From: an uncultured Erysipelotrichaceae bacterium
Lineage (GTDB): Bacteria; Bacillota_I; Bacilli_A; Erysipelotrichales; Erysipelotrichaceae
Reading direction: 5' to 3'
Length of the DNA stretch: 64,000 bases
Assembly: GCA_900314905.1 (NCBI GenBank)
Contig: OMXA01000004.1
Coordinates: 16,316-80,315, forward strand
The stretch's first letter is position 1. Every line of letters begins with the position of its first letter. A program made the translations under genes and the position numbers. Below the pieces are notes generated by a model. The model was given only the letters and a program-made list of their open reading frames with translations. It was not told where the DNA came from and ran no database searches. Of the stretch, positions 55,067 through 64,000 are shown piece by piece.

Positions 55067-58000
55067 TCAGAACAGGCTCATCTGATTTTTTTCCTGCAGA
55101 TCGCCCAGGCATCCATAAGCTTTCAGCTTCTTCAGCAGCGTATCGCTGAGCTGCGTGCGCTTGAGCACATCTTCTTCTGACAGGAATTCACCCCTCTCTC
55201 TTGCCTCGACGATGCTTCTGGCAACGTTGGCGCCAAGACCGTCAATTACGGTGAACGGCGGAATGATCGTATGCACATCCTCCCCATCCGTGCAGAATTC
55301 CGTAGCTCTGGACTTGTACAGATCGACCATGGCAATCTTATACCCGCGGGCATACATCTCTTCGCAGACTTCCAGCACATCAAACAGGGCTTTTTCCTTG
55401 TTCGTCACCGGATTGGTAGAATAGCGATTCTGCATGCGGCTCTGAATATCCTGCATGCGGTCTCTGACTGCTTCCAGGCCTTTGCACATGGTTTCAATCT
55501 CATAGGCATCGGAACGGAGCGTGAAGAACTGGATATAGAAATTCCATGGTTCATGAACCTTGTACCAGGCAATGCGGATTGCCATCATGACATACGCAAC
55601 CGCATGCGCCTTCGGGAACATGTACTTGATCTTCTTGCAGGAACCGATATACCAGTCCGGAACATGATGTTCTTTCATCGCCGCTTCCTGCTCCGGAGTC
55701 AGTCCCTTGCCTTTGCGGACTCCTTCCATCGTCTTGAATGCCATCAGCGGTTCCAGACCTTTATTCAATAGATAAGTCATGATATCGTCACGGCATCCGA
55801 TGACCTCAGAGAGCGTGCAGGTTCCTTCCTGGATCAGGCTTTCAGCGTTGCCCGCCCAGACATCCGTGCCATGGGAAAGACCGGAGATGATGACCAGATC
55901 GCTGAAGCATTTCGGCCTGGTCTCTTCAAGTACCTTTCTGGTCGTGCGGGTGCCGAACTCCGGCAGACCGAGGGCGCCAGTCTCCTTCTTGTATACCCGC
56001 GGATCTGCCTTCAGGGCATCATCGCAGTAGAACAGAGATAATACTTCAGGATCATTCATCGGAATGGTGGTCGGCTTGGTCTTCGAGATGTTCTGCAATA
56101 AGCGCATGGCCGTCGGATCGACATGACCGAGAATATCGAATTTCAGGACATTGTCATGAATATCGTGGAAGTCGTAATGGGTCGTCTTCCATTCGCTGTT
56201 GGGATCATTGGCAGGATACTGAACCGGGGTGAAATCCTCTGCGTCATAGCCTTCCGGAATGATGATGATGCCGCCCGGATGCTGACCGGTCGTGCGCTTG
56301 ACATTCTGGCATCCTTTTGCCAGATAATCCTTCATCGGCCGGCGCATGTCGGTGATTTCCATCTTCTCGCAATAGCCGCTGACATACCCATACGCAGTCT
56401 TCTCGGCAACCGTGCCGATCGTGCCTGCCCGGAAGGCATGCTTGTCATTGAAGACTTCCTTGATGAACGCATGTGCATGGGCCTGGTATTCATTGGAAAA
56501 GTTCAGATCAATATCAGGTGTCTTGTCGGCATTGAATCCGAGGAAGGTCTGGAACGGAATATTGTGTCCATTGCCGCGCATGATCGCTCCGCAATGCGGA
56601 CAGCGTTTATCCGGGAGATCAAATCCGGACGCGATTCCCGGATCATCCAGGAACTCGGAATAATGGCATTTCGGGCATAGATAATGCGGCGGCAGCGCAT
56701 TGACTTCGGTGATGCGCGACATCGTAGCAGTAAACGAGGAACCGACAGATCCCCGGGATCCGACGATATAGCCATCGGCATTGGATTTCTTGACGAGCAG
56801 ATGGGCAATGTAGTAATGAACGCCGAAGCCATTGCGGATGATATTCTCTAGTTCGGTATCCAGGCGGTCTCTGACAATGTCCGGAACTTTTCCTTCAAAC
56901 TCATATTCTTCCTTCATCGTTCCGTAGCAGATTTCGCGCAGCTTGTCATCTGAACCAGGAATGGTCGGCGGGTAAGTTCCGGAAGGAACCGGCCGCACTT
57001 CTTCGAGCATGTCAAAGATCTTATGCGGATTCTCGATCACGATGCGATGGACCAGATCCGGGTCTTCCAGCCAGCTGAAGGCATCGAGCATCTCGTCGGT
57101 AAGACGGATATGCTGATCCGGATTCGGGGTCCTGACGCGCAGTGCTTCGTCGCGGATATACAGCGGATGGGTCGCACCGCCGACCCCCTGGGACATGATA
57201 TAGACATCGCGGAAAATCTTCTGGTCCGGTGAACAGTAATGGGCATCGCTGTCGGCAACGACTGGAATGTGCAGTTTGTCCGCCATCGCGATGATGCGCT
57301 TCTGCACTTCTTTCACCCGGTTCATCGAAGGAACATTGCCGAGTGCCACAAACGTCGTATAGTTTGCCAGCGGCTGCAGTTCGACATAGTCGTAGAACCG
57401 CATCGCATTCTCGAGCCGCTGATCGTCGCCATTGCAGGCAAGTTCCCATACTTCGTTATTCTGGCAGGAAGTTCCGATCAGAATATCCGAACGATCTTTC
57501 TGCACAGAAGACCTGAGAATTCTCGGCTCGGCGGCACCGCCTTCCTTGCCAAGCACTGCCAGGGTATCCGTGCAGCTTTCGGTCACCATCTGATACAGCC
57601 GCTTGAGGCCGGCATGGTTCTTGCAGAGAACGATGATATGAGACCTGCGGGCTTTCTTGTAGAAGCCCCGATCCGGAAGCTTGTCCTGCAGGTCATTGAC
57701 CGTCACTGCCCCGAGCTTCTTCGCATCTTTCAGCAGGCAGAGAAATACAGAAGACAGCACTTCAGCATCATAATCTGCACGATGTGCAACTTCTTCATCA
57801 TACGAGATCCGATAGTAATTCGAGATATTCCCTAACCGGTAGAAATGCCGGTCCTTCAGCACGACTCGAGCCAGGTCAAGCGTATCGATGACGCAATTAT
57901 GCAGCGGCGGACGGCCGATTCTTCTCAGTTCTTCGTTCAGGAAGTGGTAGTCGAAGGTCGCATTATGCGCAACCAGGATATCCTCTCCGATCCAGTCCAG

Positions 58001-59416
58001 AATCTCATCGCAGGCTTCCCGGAAAGTCTTGGCATCCTTCACCATCTCATTGGTGATATTCGTCTTATGAGAGATATTGGCAGGAATCGGAAACGGCGGC
58101 TTTAGAAACAGCTGCTTGCGATCCACGACACTGCCATGCTTCAGCCTGACCGCGCCGAATTCAATGATCGAGTCATAATAGCAGGAAAGACCGGTCGTCT
58201 CAAGATCGAATGAGATATAAGTCGCTTCGTCGAGATCCGCATCAATCCGGTTGCGGACAATCTTCGGAGTGTCATCGGCCATGTTCATTTCACAGCCAAG
58301 ACCTACTTTGAATTTCCGGTCGCTGCCTTTCTTCAGGCTCTGGGCGGTATTGAAGGCTTTCACCATTGACTGCACATCGGCATGATCCGTGATGCAGATG
58401 CCTTCATGGCCGAGATTCCATGCATATTTCACGACAGCCTGCGGTTCGCATACCGCATCCATTTCCGACATATTCGTATGCATATGCAGCTCCACCCGCT
58501 TCTCTTCTGCAGGATCCGTGACCTTCTCTTCTTCCAGAATGTCAGTTGCCACGGCCTGCACGACCAGGTCACGGGCGTAATTATCAAAGATCACGGATCC
58601 GTAGATGCGGACCCGCATGCCTTCCTTTACCAGTCCGAGATCTTCTTTCGTGAAGTTTCTTCCTTCAAACCGCTTGACCAGAATCGCATCAGTCCCATCA
58701 TAAACAGACAAGGTCTGGATGGTTTTCTGAGCAGCCTTCGTGACGACTTCTTCCAAGGCAAATACTTTTCCTTCAAACTGGATGCTGTCAACCGGATCAT
58801 GCACATCCTTCAGATGCACAATGGGCCAGTCTTCCCTCTTCTGGCGGAAGAACTTCCGATGAGAATCGGACTGAGGCCGTGCATGCTCCGCCGAGGCTGG
58901 AGCAGAGACCGCCGGTGCAGCCATGAAGACCGTTTCCACCTGCGGAGCTTCCGGCGCTTCAACAGATGCAGTGATCCCGGATACGGAGATTCCGACCTTC
59001 TTCAGATATGCCTCTAAGGAAGGAAGCAGTTCCTGAGCACGATCTCTTGAAACAGAATCAGAAAACCGGTAATCGATGGAACGGGCAGCGTCATCATACT
59101 GAAACACAGCGTCTTTCAATAAGGCACTGTCCGCTTCTTCGTCATAGTAGAGCGTCAGGTACTTATATAATTCATCTCTGCCACAGCTGGAATCCTGCGC
59201 AGAAATGGACACATAGCAAGGACACTTCAGGTACTGCTCGAGCAGTTCCAATAGATCCCGGTAATCCCCGCATGGAAGCGGTCCGGGACTGGAAAGCTCC
59301 AGCTCCACATGAACCGGATTCCTATAAAAGCGCACTGCAGTTACATCTGCTGCACCATAAGCTTCCCGATTTCCTGCCCCGATCAGGTCCAGGATGGATT
59401 TCAGAGTCATGGTCAT
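55067..59416 (-). CDS. polC: DNA polymerase III PolC-type
   Basis: PHP ELHMHTNMSEMD, exonuclease FDLETTGL/AHNATFD/HRADYD, GSRGSVGSS, zinc finger CPKC...CPHC, PDIDLNF and MFPKAHAVAYV. Confidence 0.98.
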   Translation of the reverse strand: MTMTLKSILDLIGAGNREAYGAADVTAVRFYRNPVHVELELSSPGPLPCGDYRDLLELLEQYLKCPCYVSISAQDSSCGRDELYKYLTLYYDEEADSALLKDAVFQYDDAARSIDYRFSDSVSRDRAQELLPSLEAYLKKVGISVSGITASVEAPEAPQVETVFMAAPAVSAPASAEHARPQSDSHRKFFRQKREDWPIVHLKDVHDPVDSIQFEGKVFALEEVVTKAAQKTIQTLSVYDGTDAILVKRFEGRNFTKEDLGLVKEGMRVRIYGSVIFDNYARDLVVQAVATDILEEEKVTDPAEEKRVELHMHTNMSEMDAVCEPQAVVKYAWNLGHEGICITDHADVQSMVKAFNTAQSLKKGSDRKFKVGLGCEMNMADDTPKIVRNRIDADLDEATYISFDLETTGLSCYYDSIIEFGAVRLKHGSVVDRKQLFLKPPFPIPANISHKTNITNEMVKDAKTFREACDEILDWIGEDILVAHNATFDYHFLNEELRRIGRPPLHNCVIDTLDLARVVLKDRHFYRLGNISNYYRISYDEEVAHRADYDAEVLSSVFLCLLKDAKKLGAVTVNDLQDKLPDRGFYKKARRSHIIVLCKNHAGLKRLYQMVTESCTDTLAVLGKEGGAAEPRILRSSVQKDRSDILIGTSCQNNEVWELACNGDDQRLENAMRFYDYVELQPLANYTTFVALGNVPSMNRVKEVQKRIIAMADKLHIPVVADSDAHYCSPDQKIFRDVYIMSQGVGGATHPLYIRDEALRVRTPNPDQHIRLTDEMLDAFSWLEDPDLVHRIVIENPHKIFDMLEEVRPVPSGTYPPTIPGSDDKLREICYGTMKEEYEFEGKVPDIVRDRLDTELENIIRNGFGVHYYIAHLLVKKSNADGYIVGSRGSVGSSFTATMSRITEVNALPPHYLCPKCHYSEFLDDPGIASGFDLPDKRCPHCGAIMRGNGHNIPFQTFLGFNADKTPDIDLNFSNEYQAHAHAFIKEVFNDKHAFRAGTIGTVAEKTAYGYVSGYCEKMEITDMRRPMKDYLAKGCQNVKRTTGQHPGGIIIIPEGYDAEDFTPVQYPANDPNSEWKTTHYDFHDIHDNVLKFDILGHVDPTAMRLLQNISKTKPTTIPMNDPEVLSLFYCDDALKADPRVYKKETGALGLPEFGTRTTRKVLEETRPKCFSDLVIISGLSHGTDVWAGNAESLIQEGTCTLSEVIGCRDDIMTYLLNKGLEPLMAFKTMEGVRKGKGLTPEQEAAMKEHHVPDWYIGSCKKIKYMFPKAHAVAYVMMAIRIAWYKVHEPWNFYIQFFTLRSDAYEIETMCKGLEAVRDRMQDIQSRMQNRYSTNPVTNKEKALFDVLEVCEEMYARGYKIAMVDLYKSRATEFCTDGEDVHTIIPPFTVIDGLGANVARSIVEARERGEFLSEEDVLKRTQLSDTLLKKLKAYGCLGDLQEKNQMSLF

Positions 59417-59485
59417 TCCTAATCTACCTCTTGAGCGTCTCTCATTCTACCATAAGAAAACCGGAAGACTCCGGTTTCCTCTGTG

Positions 59486-60988
59486 CTATTTCAGAAGCCC
59501 TTTAAGGAATTTCTTCGCACTGCGGATGCCGAGATTCATCGCCTCATTCTCAATGCGGTTTCTTGCTTTCCTGGCCAGGCGGTCGCCCCATTCCTTCTGT
59601 TCTTTTTCCTTCTTCAGCGCTTCCCGCTGGGCCTGTCGCTGCTTCTGTTCTTCCAGCTTTGCCAGTTTCCTGTTTTCTGCTTCTTCCTGTTTTTTCTTTT
59701 CTTCCTCGGCTTCCAGATCATCCATGGCTTCATAGGCTGAAGCAGGATCGAAGGACTTCTCATACTTGCCATAGAGACTGTCACCCTCAATGCACCGCTG
59801 AATTGCGTCTGCCGGTGCCATGGCCATCGAAGAGCGCGGCGGCAGGATCTTCGTCTTTTCAACGATGGTCGGTGCCCCTTCTTCATCCAGCACGGAAACC
59901 AGTGCAGTACCGGTCTTCATCGCGGTAATCTCGGCTGCGGCATCCAGATCCGGGTTCGGACGGAAGGATTCCGCAGCGACCTTTGCCTGCTTGATTTCCG
60001 CAGGCGTATAAGCTCTGAGACTATGCTGAATGCGATGGGAGAGCTGTGACATCACCGTGTCCGGAATATCCGATGGACTCTGGCTGATGAAGAAAACACC
60101 TACTCCCTTGGAACGGATCAGCTTCACGGTCTGCTCAATTCTGGTCATCAGCGCCTTCGGCGCGTGATCAAACAGCAGATGGGCCTCATCGAAGAAGAAC
60201 ACCAGCTTCGGCTTCTCAGGATCACCGACTTCCGGCAGCTTCTCATACAGCTCTGACAGCATCCAGAACAGCACGGTGGAATACAGCAGCGGATGCTGGA
60301 ACAGCTTCTGGCACTCCAGGATGTTCATGACACCCTTTCCGCCTTCGCTCGTCATCCAGTCCTCCAGATTCACCTCTGGCATTCCGAAGAAGGATTCAGC
60401 TCCTTCCTGTTCCAGCTGCAGCAGCTTTCTCTGGATTGCGCCAGCCGACTGCTTCGAGACATTGCCATACTTCACGGTATAGTCAGATGCATGCTCGCCG
60501 ACATAAGAAGTCATCGCCTGCAGATCCTTGAGATCGATGAGATCGAGATTCATCTCCTCAGCCGCTCTGAAGACGATGCTGAGCACACCTTCCTGCGCAT
60601 CGGAAAGATCCAGAATGCGGCTCAGAAGCAGCGGTCCCATATTCTGCACGGATGCCCTGAGCGGATGACCCTGCTCTCCATAGACATCAAAGAAATGAAC
60701 CGGATAGCTGCAGCAGTAATTCTCTTCTGATACCTGCAGATCCATGAGCCTGTTATGAATTCCTTCGGCATTGCCCGGCACGATCATGCCAGTCAGATCG
60801 CCTTTGACATCCGCAATGAACGTCGGAACGCCAAGATCCGATAATGATTCAGCAATGACTTTCAGGGTGACCGTCTTGCCAGTCCCGCTTGCGCCGGCAA
60901 TCATGCCATGCCGGTTCATCTGCCCTGGCAGTACATAAACGCTCTTTCCGTCTGCCTTTCCTAAGAGGATCCGATTACCTTCCAGCAT
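59486..60988 (-). CDS. DUF853 / HerA-like ATPase (YjgR family)
   Basis: Motifs NRHGMIAGASGTGKT, DVKGDL, FFFDEAHLLF and LIRSKGVGVFF. Confidence 0.9.
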   Translation of the reverse strand: MLEGNRILLGKADGKSVYVLPGQMNRHGMIAGASGTGKTVTLKVIAESLSDLGVPTFIADVKGDLTGMIVPGNAEGIHNRLMDLQVSEENYCCSYPVHFFDVYGEQGHPLRASVQNMGPLLLSRILDLSDAQEGVLSIVFRAAEEMNLDLIDLKDLQAMTSYVGEHASDYTVKYGNVSKQSAGAIQRKLLQLEQEGAESFFGMPEVNLEDWMTSEGGKGVMNILECQKLFQHPLLYSTVLFWMLSELYEKLPEVGDPEKPKLVFFFDEAHLLFDHAPKALMTRIEQTVKLIRSKGVGVFFISQSPSDIPDTVMSQLSHRIQHSLRAYTPAEIKQAKVAAESFRPNPDLDAAAEITAMKTGTALVSVLDEEGAPTIVEKTKILPPRSSMAMAPADAIQRCIEGDSLYGKYEKSFDPASAYEAMDDLEAEEEKKKQEEAENRKLAKLEEQKQRQAQREALKKEKEQKEWGDRLARKARNRIENEAMNLGIRSAKKFLKGLLK

Positions 60989-61003
60989 ACCCCTGCTCCT
61001 TTA

Positions 61004-62278
61004 CTAGATCAGACGATAGCCGCCTGCATTGCGGATTCTGAGGCAGTAGCATGCCCCTTTTCCGAATGCACTTTCCATGCACTGGATATAGGACCCGGTC
61101 AGATCTTCCGGAACAAATGCCTGGATCGTTCCGGCAAAGCCTCCCCCATGCACACGCCATGCGCCTCTTCCTTCCAGGAGATTCTGGCTCAGGGCAAGGC
61201 CGATCGCAAGCGACTGATGCTGAGGATCAGACGAAGCATATACATTCTGCAGATATTCAAACGAACTGTTTCCGGATTCGATGACCAGCTTCAGGAATTC
61301 TTCCATCGAATTATGTTCCAGCGCATTCACTTCTTCCAGAACCCGATCCGTTTCCTTCAGAAAATGATACGCTCTCAGCCACGCCCGATCGCCGCACTGT
61401 TTCCGTACTTCATCCGTCTTTGCAAGGAATTCCTCCAGGGATACCCTGCTCAGGACTTCTTCGCCAAAGACAGAAGCAGCCGCTTTCATCTCAGAAGGAA
61501 TTCTCGAATATTCCTCACTCAGATCCGCATGGCTTGCCCGGCAGTCGGTCAGGATGATGCGATAGCCGCTGCGATCGAAATCAAACGGAACTTTCCGGAC
61601 GACAGGGGCTTCCCGATGACGGAAATCAATCGTGATGAAGCCGCCGACGGAACAAGCCATCTGATCCATCAGACCAGATGCTTTCCCGAAATACACATTC
61701 TCCGCAAACTGGCCAGCCTTCGCCTGTTCTTCCGCAGAGACTCTTCCATCGTTATAGAGCTCGTTCAGGATCTCAGCGATCAGAATCTCAAACGCAGCAG
61801 AACTGCTCATTCCGGATCCCGGAAGCACATCTGATTCCGCATAGCAGGAGAACCCGCCGATCCCATAGCCAAGCTCATGATACCTTGCTGCAATGCCGCG
61901 GATCAGTGATTCCGTCGTATTGACTTCTTCTGGCTTCTGAGAAAGATCTTCCAGGTCTACCGGCTTTACTTCAAAGGCATCAGAATGATACGTGATGACC
62001 GGTTTTTCTTCCGGAACCACAACCGCAGCCGCATCCAGATCGATCGAAGCTGCCAGGACCCTGCCAAGCTGATGGTCAGTATGATTGCCGCCGACTTCAG
62101 TTCTGCCCGGAGCACTGAACAGACACGCTTCCCGATCGCCATAGAGGTCCGATGCTCTTGCAATGAGCTTCAGGTAGCGTTCTTTCTGCGCCTGGACATG
62201 TTCAGCTCCATACAGGAGCTCAAGCTGGTTCTGCAGCAGATCAGAGCTGACTGCTGCCTTCAGTTCACTAAGTTTCAT
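61004..62278 (-). CDS. galK: Galactokinase (GHMP kinase family)
   Basis: Motifs SAPGRTEVGGNHTDH, GSGMSSSAA, GLMDQ and RVHGGGFAG. Confidence 0.85.
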   Translation of the reverse strand: MKLSELKAAVSSDLLQNQLELLYGAEHVQAQKERYLKLIARASDLYGDREACLFSAPGRTEVGGNHTDHQLGRVLAASIDLDAAAVVVPEEKPVITYHSDAFEVKPVDLEDLSQKPEEVNTTESLIRGIAARYHELGYGIGGFSCYAESDVLPGSGMSSSAAFEILIAEILNELYNDGRVSAEEQAKAGQFAENVYFGKASGLMDQMACSVGGFITIDFRHREAPVVRKVPFDFDRSGYRIILTDCRASHADLSEEYSRIPSEMKAAASVFGEEVLSRVSLEEFLAKTDEVRKQCGDRAWLRAYHFLKETDRVLEEVNALEHNSMEEFLKLVIESGNSSFEYLQNVYASSDPQHQSLAIGLALSQNLLEGRGAWRVHGGGFAGTIQAFVPEDLTGSYIQCMESAFGKGACYCLRIRNAGGYRLI

Positions 62279-62285
62279 GATCTTT

Positions 62286-62966
62286 CTACCTCACTAGTTT
62301 TTCAAACGCATTCTGCGCCGCATTCTGTTCCGCCTGTTTCTTCGAGCTTCCGGTACCAGTTCCAAGTACCAGCCCATCGATCACTGCATTCATCGTAAAC
62401 GTCGGAGCATTGCTCGGGCCTTCTTCGCTGACCAGCTCATAATGCACCGTCCGCCGGTTATCTGCCTGCACATATTCCTGCAGCTTCGTCTTGTAATCCC
62501 GGAATACCTTGACCTCTTTCGGATGGCGGATCTCCGGCAGGAAGACTTCATTCAGGATATTATCCACGGCATCCATCCCCTGATCGAGATACAGCGCGCC
62601 GAGCAGCGCTTCAAACATATCTGCAATGATTGCATCTTTCTCTCTGCCGCCGCTCTTCTCTTCGCCAGACCCAAGCAGCAGGAAGTCATTCAGATGCAGT
62701 TCACGCGCATACATCGCCAGCGCTTTCTCGCATACCAGCTGAGCCCTGAGCCGGGTCATCTCCCCTTCGTTCAGCGGAGGTTCCAGCGGGAAGATATGAG
62801 CCGTGCTCCATAGCTGCAGCACTGCATCACCCATGAATTCGAGCCGCTCATTATCATGATACCGGCGATGTTCATTCACATAGCTCGTATGCATGAATGC
62901 CTGCCGGATCAGATCCTGATTCTCCACTTCGATGCCGCGTTTCCGCAGCCATTCGATACAGTCCAT
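62286..62966 (-). CDS. rnc: Ribonuclease III
   Basis: Motifs DNERLEFMGDAVL and ADMFEALLGALYLD, and dsRBD DYKTKLQE...SKKQAEQNAA. Confidence 0.97.
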   Translation of the reverse strand: MDCIEWLRKRGIEVENQDLIRQAFMHTSYVNEHRRYHDNERLEFMGDAVLQLWSTAHIFPLEPPLNEGEMTRLRAQLVCEKALAMYARELHLNDFLLLGSGEEKSGGREKDAIIADMFEALLGALYLDQGMDAVDNILNEVFLPEIRHPKEVKVFRDYKTKLQEYVQADNRRTVHYELVSEEGPSNAPTFTMNAVIDGLVLGTGTGSSKKQAEQNAAQNAFEKLVR

Positions 62967-62978
62967 TTCTTTCCTCCT

Positions 62979-64000
62979 CTAGTCCGCAAACGAAGCATTG
63001 TTCTCATTCCGTTTCCGCACGGATTCCAGAAGCGGCACATAATCAGGGTTATCAGGATCCGTCACGATCTCTGCGGCATCCTTCTTTGCCTGATTCATGA
63101 TCTTCGTATCTTCCACGAGATTGCCGAGAATGAAATCCGGCACTCCGCTCTGCCTCGTTCCAAGTATATCACCCGGCCCTCTCAGCCGTAAATCTTCCTC
63201 TGCGATCTCAAAGCCGTTATCCGACTTCACGAGCGCATTCAGCCGTTCCAGTGCTTTCTCATCCTTCGATCCGGTCAATAGCCAGCAATATCCCTGGCTG
63301 CTGCCGCGCTGCACGCGGCCGCGCAGCTGATGCAGCTGTGACATTCCGAAGCGGTCCGCATCATAGATGATCATGCCGGTCGCATTGACCACATTCATGC
63401 CGACTTCAACCACAGTTGTTGAAACCAGCACCTGAATCTCATTCTCCAGGAACCGGCGCATGACTTCCTGCTTCTCTTCCGAATTCATCCGGCCATGCAG
63501 AAGCCCCACCTGGTAGTCCGGCGCAAACAGCCTGGAAAGGCTGAGAGCAATATCACTGACAGCTCTGGCATTGAACTCTTCATTGCGATCAACCGCCGAA
63601 CAGATCACATAAAGCTGCCTTCCTTCTCTCAGCAGCGTTCTGACCTTCCCCAGCACGGAGCGGAAACTGTTCTCTTCAATCAGCTCGGTGATGACCGGCT
63701 TTCTGCCCGGAGGCATCGTAACGATCGTGCTGACTGCCATATCTCCGTAAAGCACCGAGGCAAGGGTTCTCGGGATCGGAGTGGCACTCATCAGCAGAAA
63801 ATCAACCCGGGTTCCCTTCTCTCTGAGCGCCCGGCGCTGTTCGACGCCGAAGCGCTGCTGCTCATCGGCCACGACAAGTCCGAGCTTCTGAAACGTAACG
63901 CTTTCCTGCAGAAGACTATGCGTTCCGATCAGGATATCGATGGAACCATCTGCAGCCCCCTGCAGAATCTGCTGCTTCTCAGAAGGTTTCAGGCCGCTGT
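62979..64000 (-). CDS. recG: ATP-dependent DNA helicase RecG, C-terminal part (5' end outside the window)
   Basis: Motifs VADEQQRFGVEQR, MSATPIPRTL, TTVVEVG, QLHQLRGRV and DLRLRGPGDILG. Confidence 0.96.
   Translation of the reverse strand, partial: SGLKPSEKQQILQGAADGSIDILIGTHSLLQESVTFQKLGLVVADEQQRFGVEQRRALREKGTRVDFLLMSATPIPRTLASVLYGDMAVSTIVTMPPGRKPVITELIEENSFRSVLGKVRTLLREGRQLYVICSAVDRNEEFNARAVSDIALSLSRLFAPDYQVGLLHGRMNSEEKQEVMRRFLENEIQVLVSTTVVEVGMNVVNATGMIIYDADRFGMSQLHQLRGRVQRGSSQGYCWLLTGSKDEKALERLNALVKSDNGFEIAEEDLRLRGPGDILGTRQSGVPDFILGNLVEDTKIMNQAKKDAAEIVTDPDNPDYVPLLESVRKRNENNASFAD

Noticed and set aside
55067-59416. Possible intein or frameshift in polC
   Set aside because: The length (1449 aa) and domain order are normal for PolC, and I saw no intein motifs.
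1-64000. CRISPR arrays, transposases, prophage genes, rRNA
   Set aside because: I found no regularly spaced repeats and no motifs of these classes by reading the sequence and ORF track.

Overview
This is a 64-kb chromosomal window from a Firmicute, probably Erysipelotrichaceae-like. That placement is inferred from gene content and style (PolC, Spx, IreB, ComK-like protein, Fem transferases, T-box, L20 leader) and was not checked against a database. Most genes lie on the minus strand and are housekeeping: recG-rnc-galK-DUF853-polC, rimP-nusA-rnpM-infB-rbfA, truB-ribF-rsmF, infC-rpmI-rplT, gltX, mgtE, spx-mnmA-recD2, alaS-ireB-ruvX-mltG. There are also two ABC importers, two tRNAs (Gln-CTG, Glu-CTC), an Ala T-box, a lysine riboswitch and an L20 leader. 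An accessory block of about 21 kb separates rbfA from truB. It carries (i) a TetR-led beta-galactosidase/permease/alpha-galactosidase operon, (ii) a coupled vWA(DUF2201-like)-AAA ATPase-LRR triad, (iii) a compact type VII secretion-like operon (two WXG100 genes, an SLH/Ig-like lipoprotein, EssC, YukD-like; no recognisable EsaA, EssA or EssB in the window), (iv) a radical SAM/SPASM gene, and (v) a lysine-riboswitch ABC importer. The best candidates for undescribed biology are the minimal T7SS with a lipoprotein partner, a proline-rich MgtL-like leader peptide with a hairpin upstream of mgtE, the vWA-AAA-LRR triad, and a gltX/Fem block bracketed by the two C34 Glx tRNAs, one of which has a non-canonical T-loop. 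I saw no CRISPR array, integrase, transposase or rRNA.
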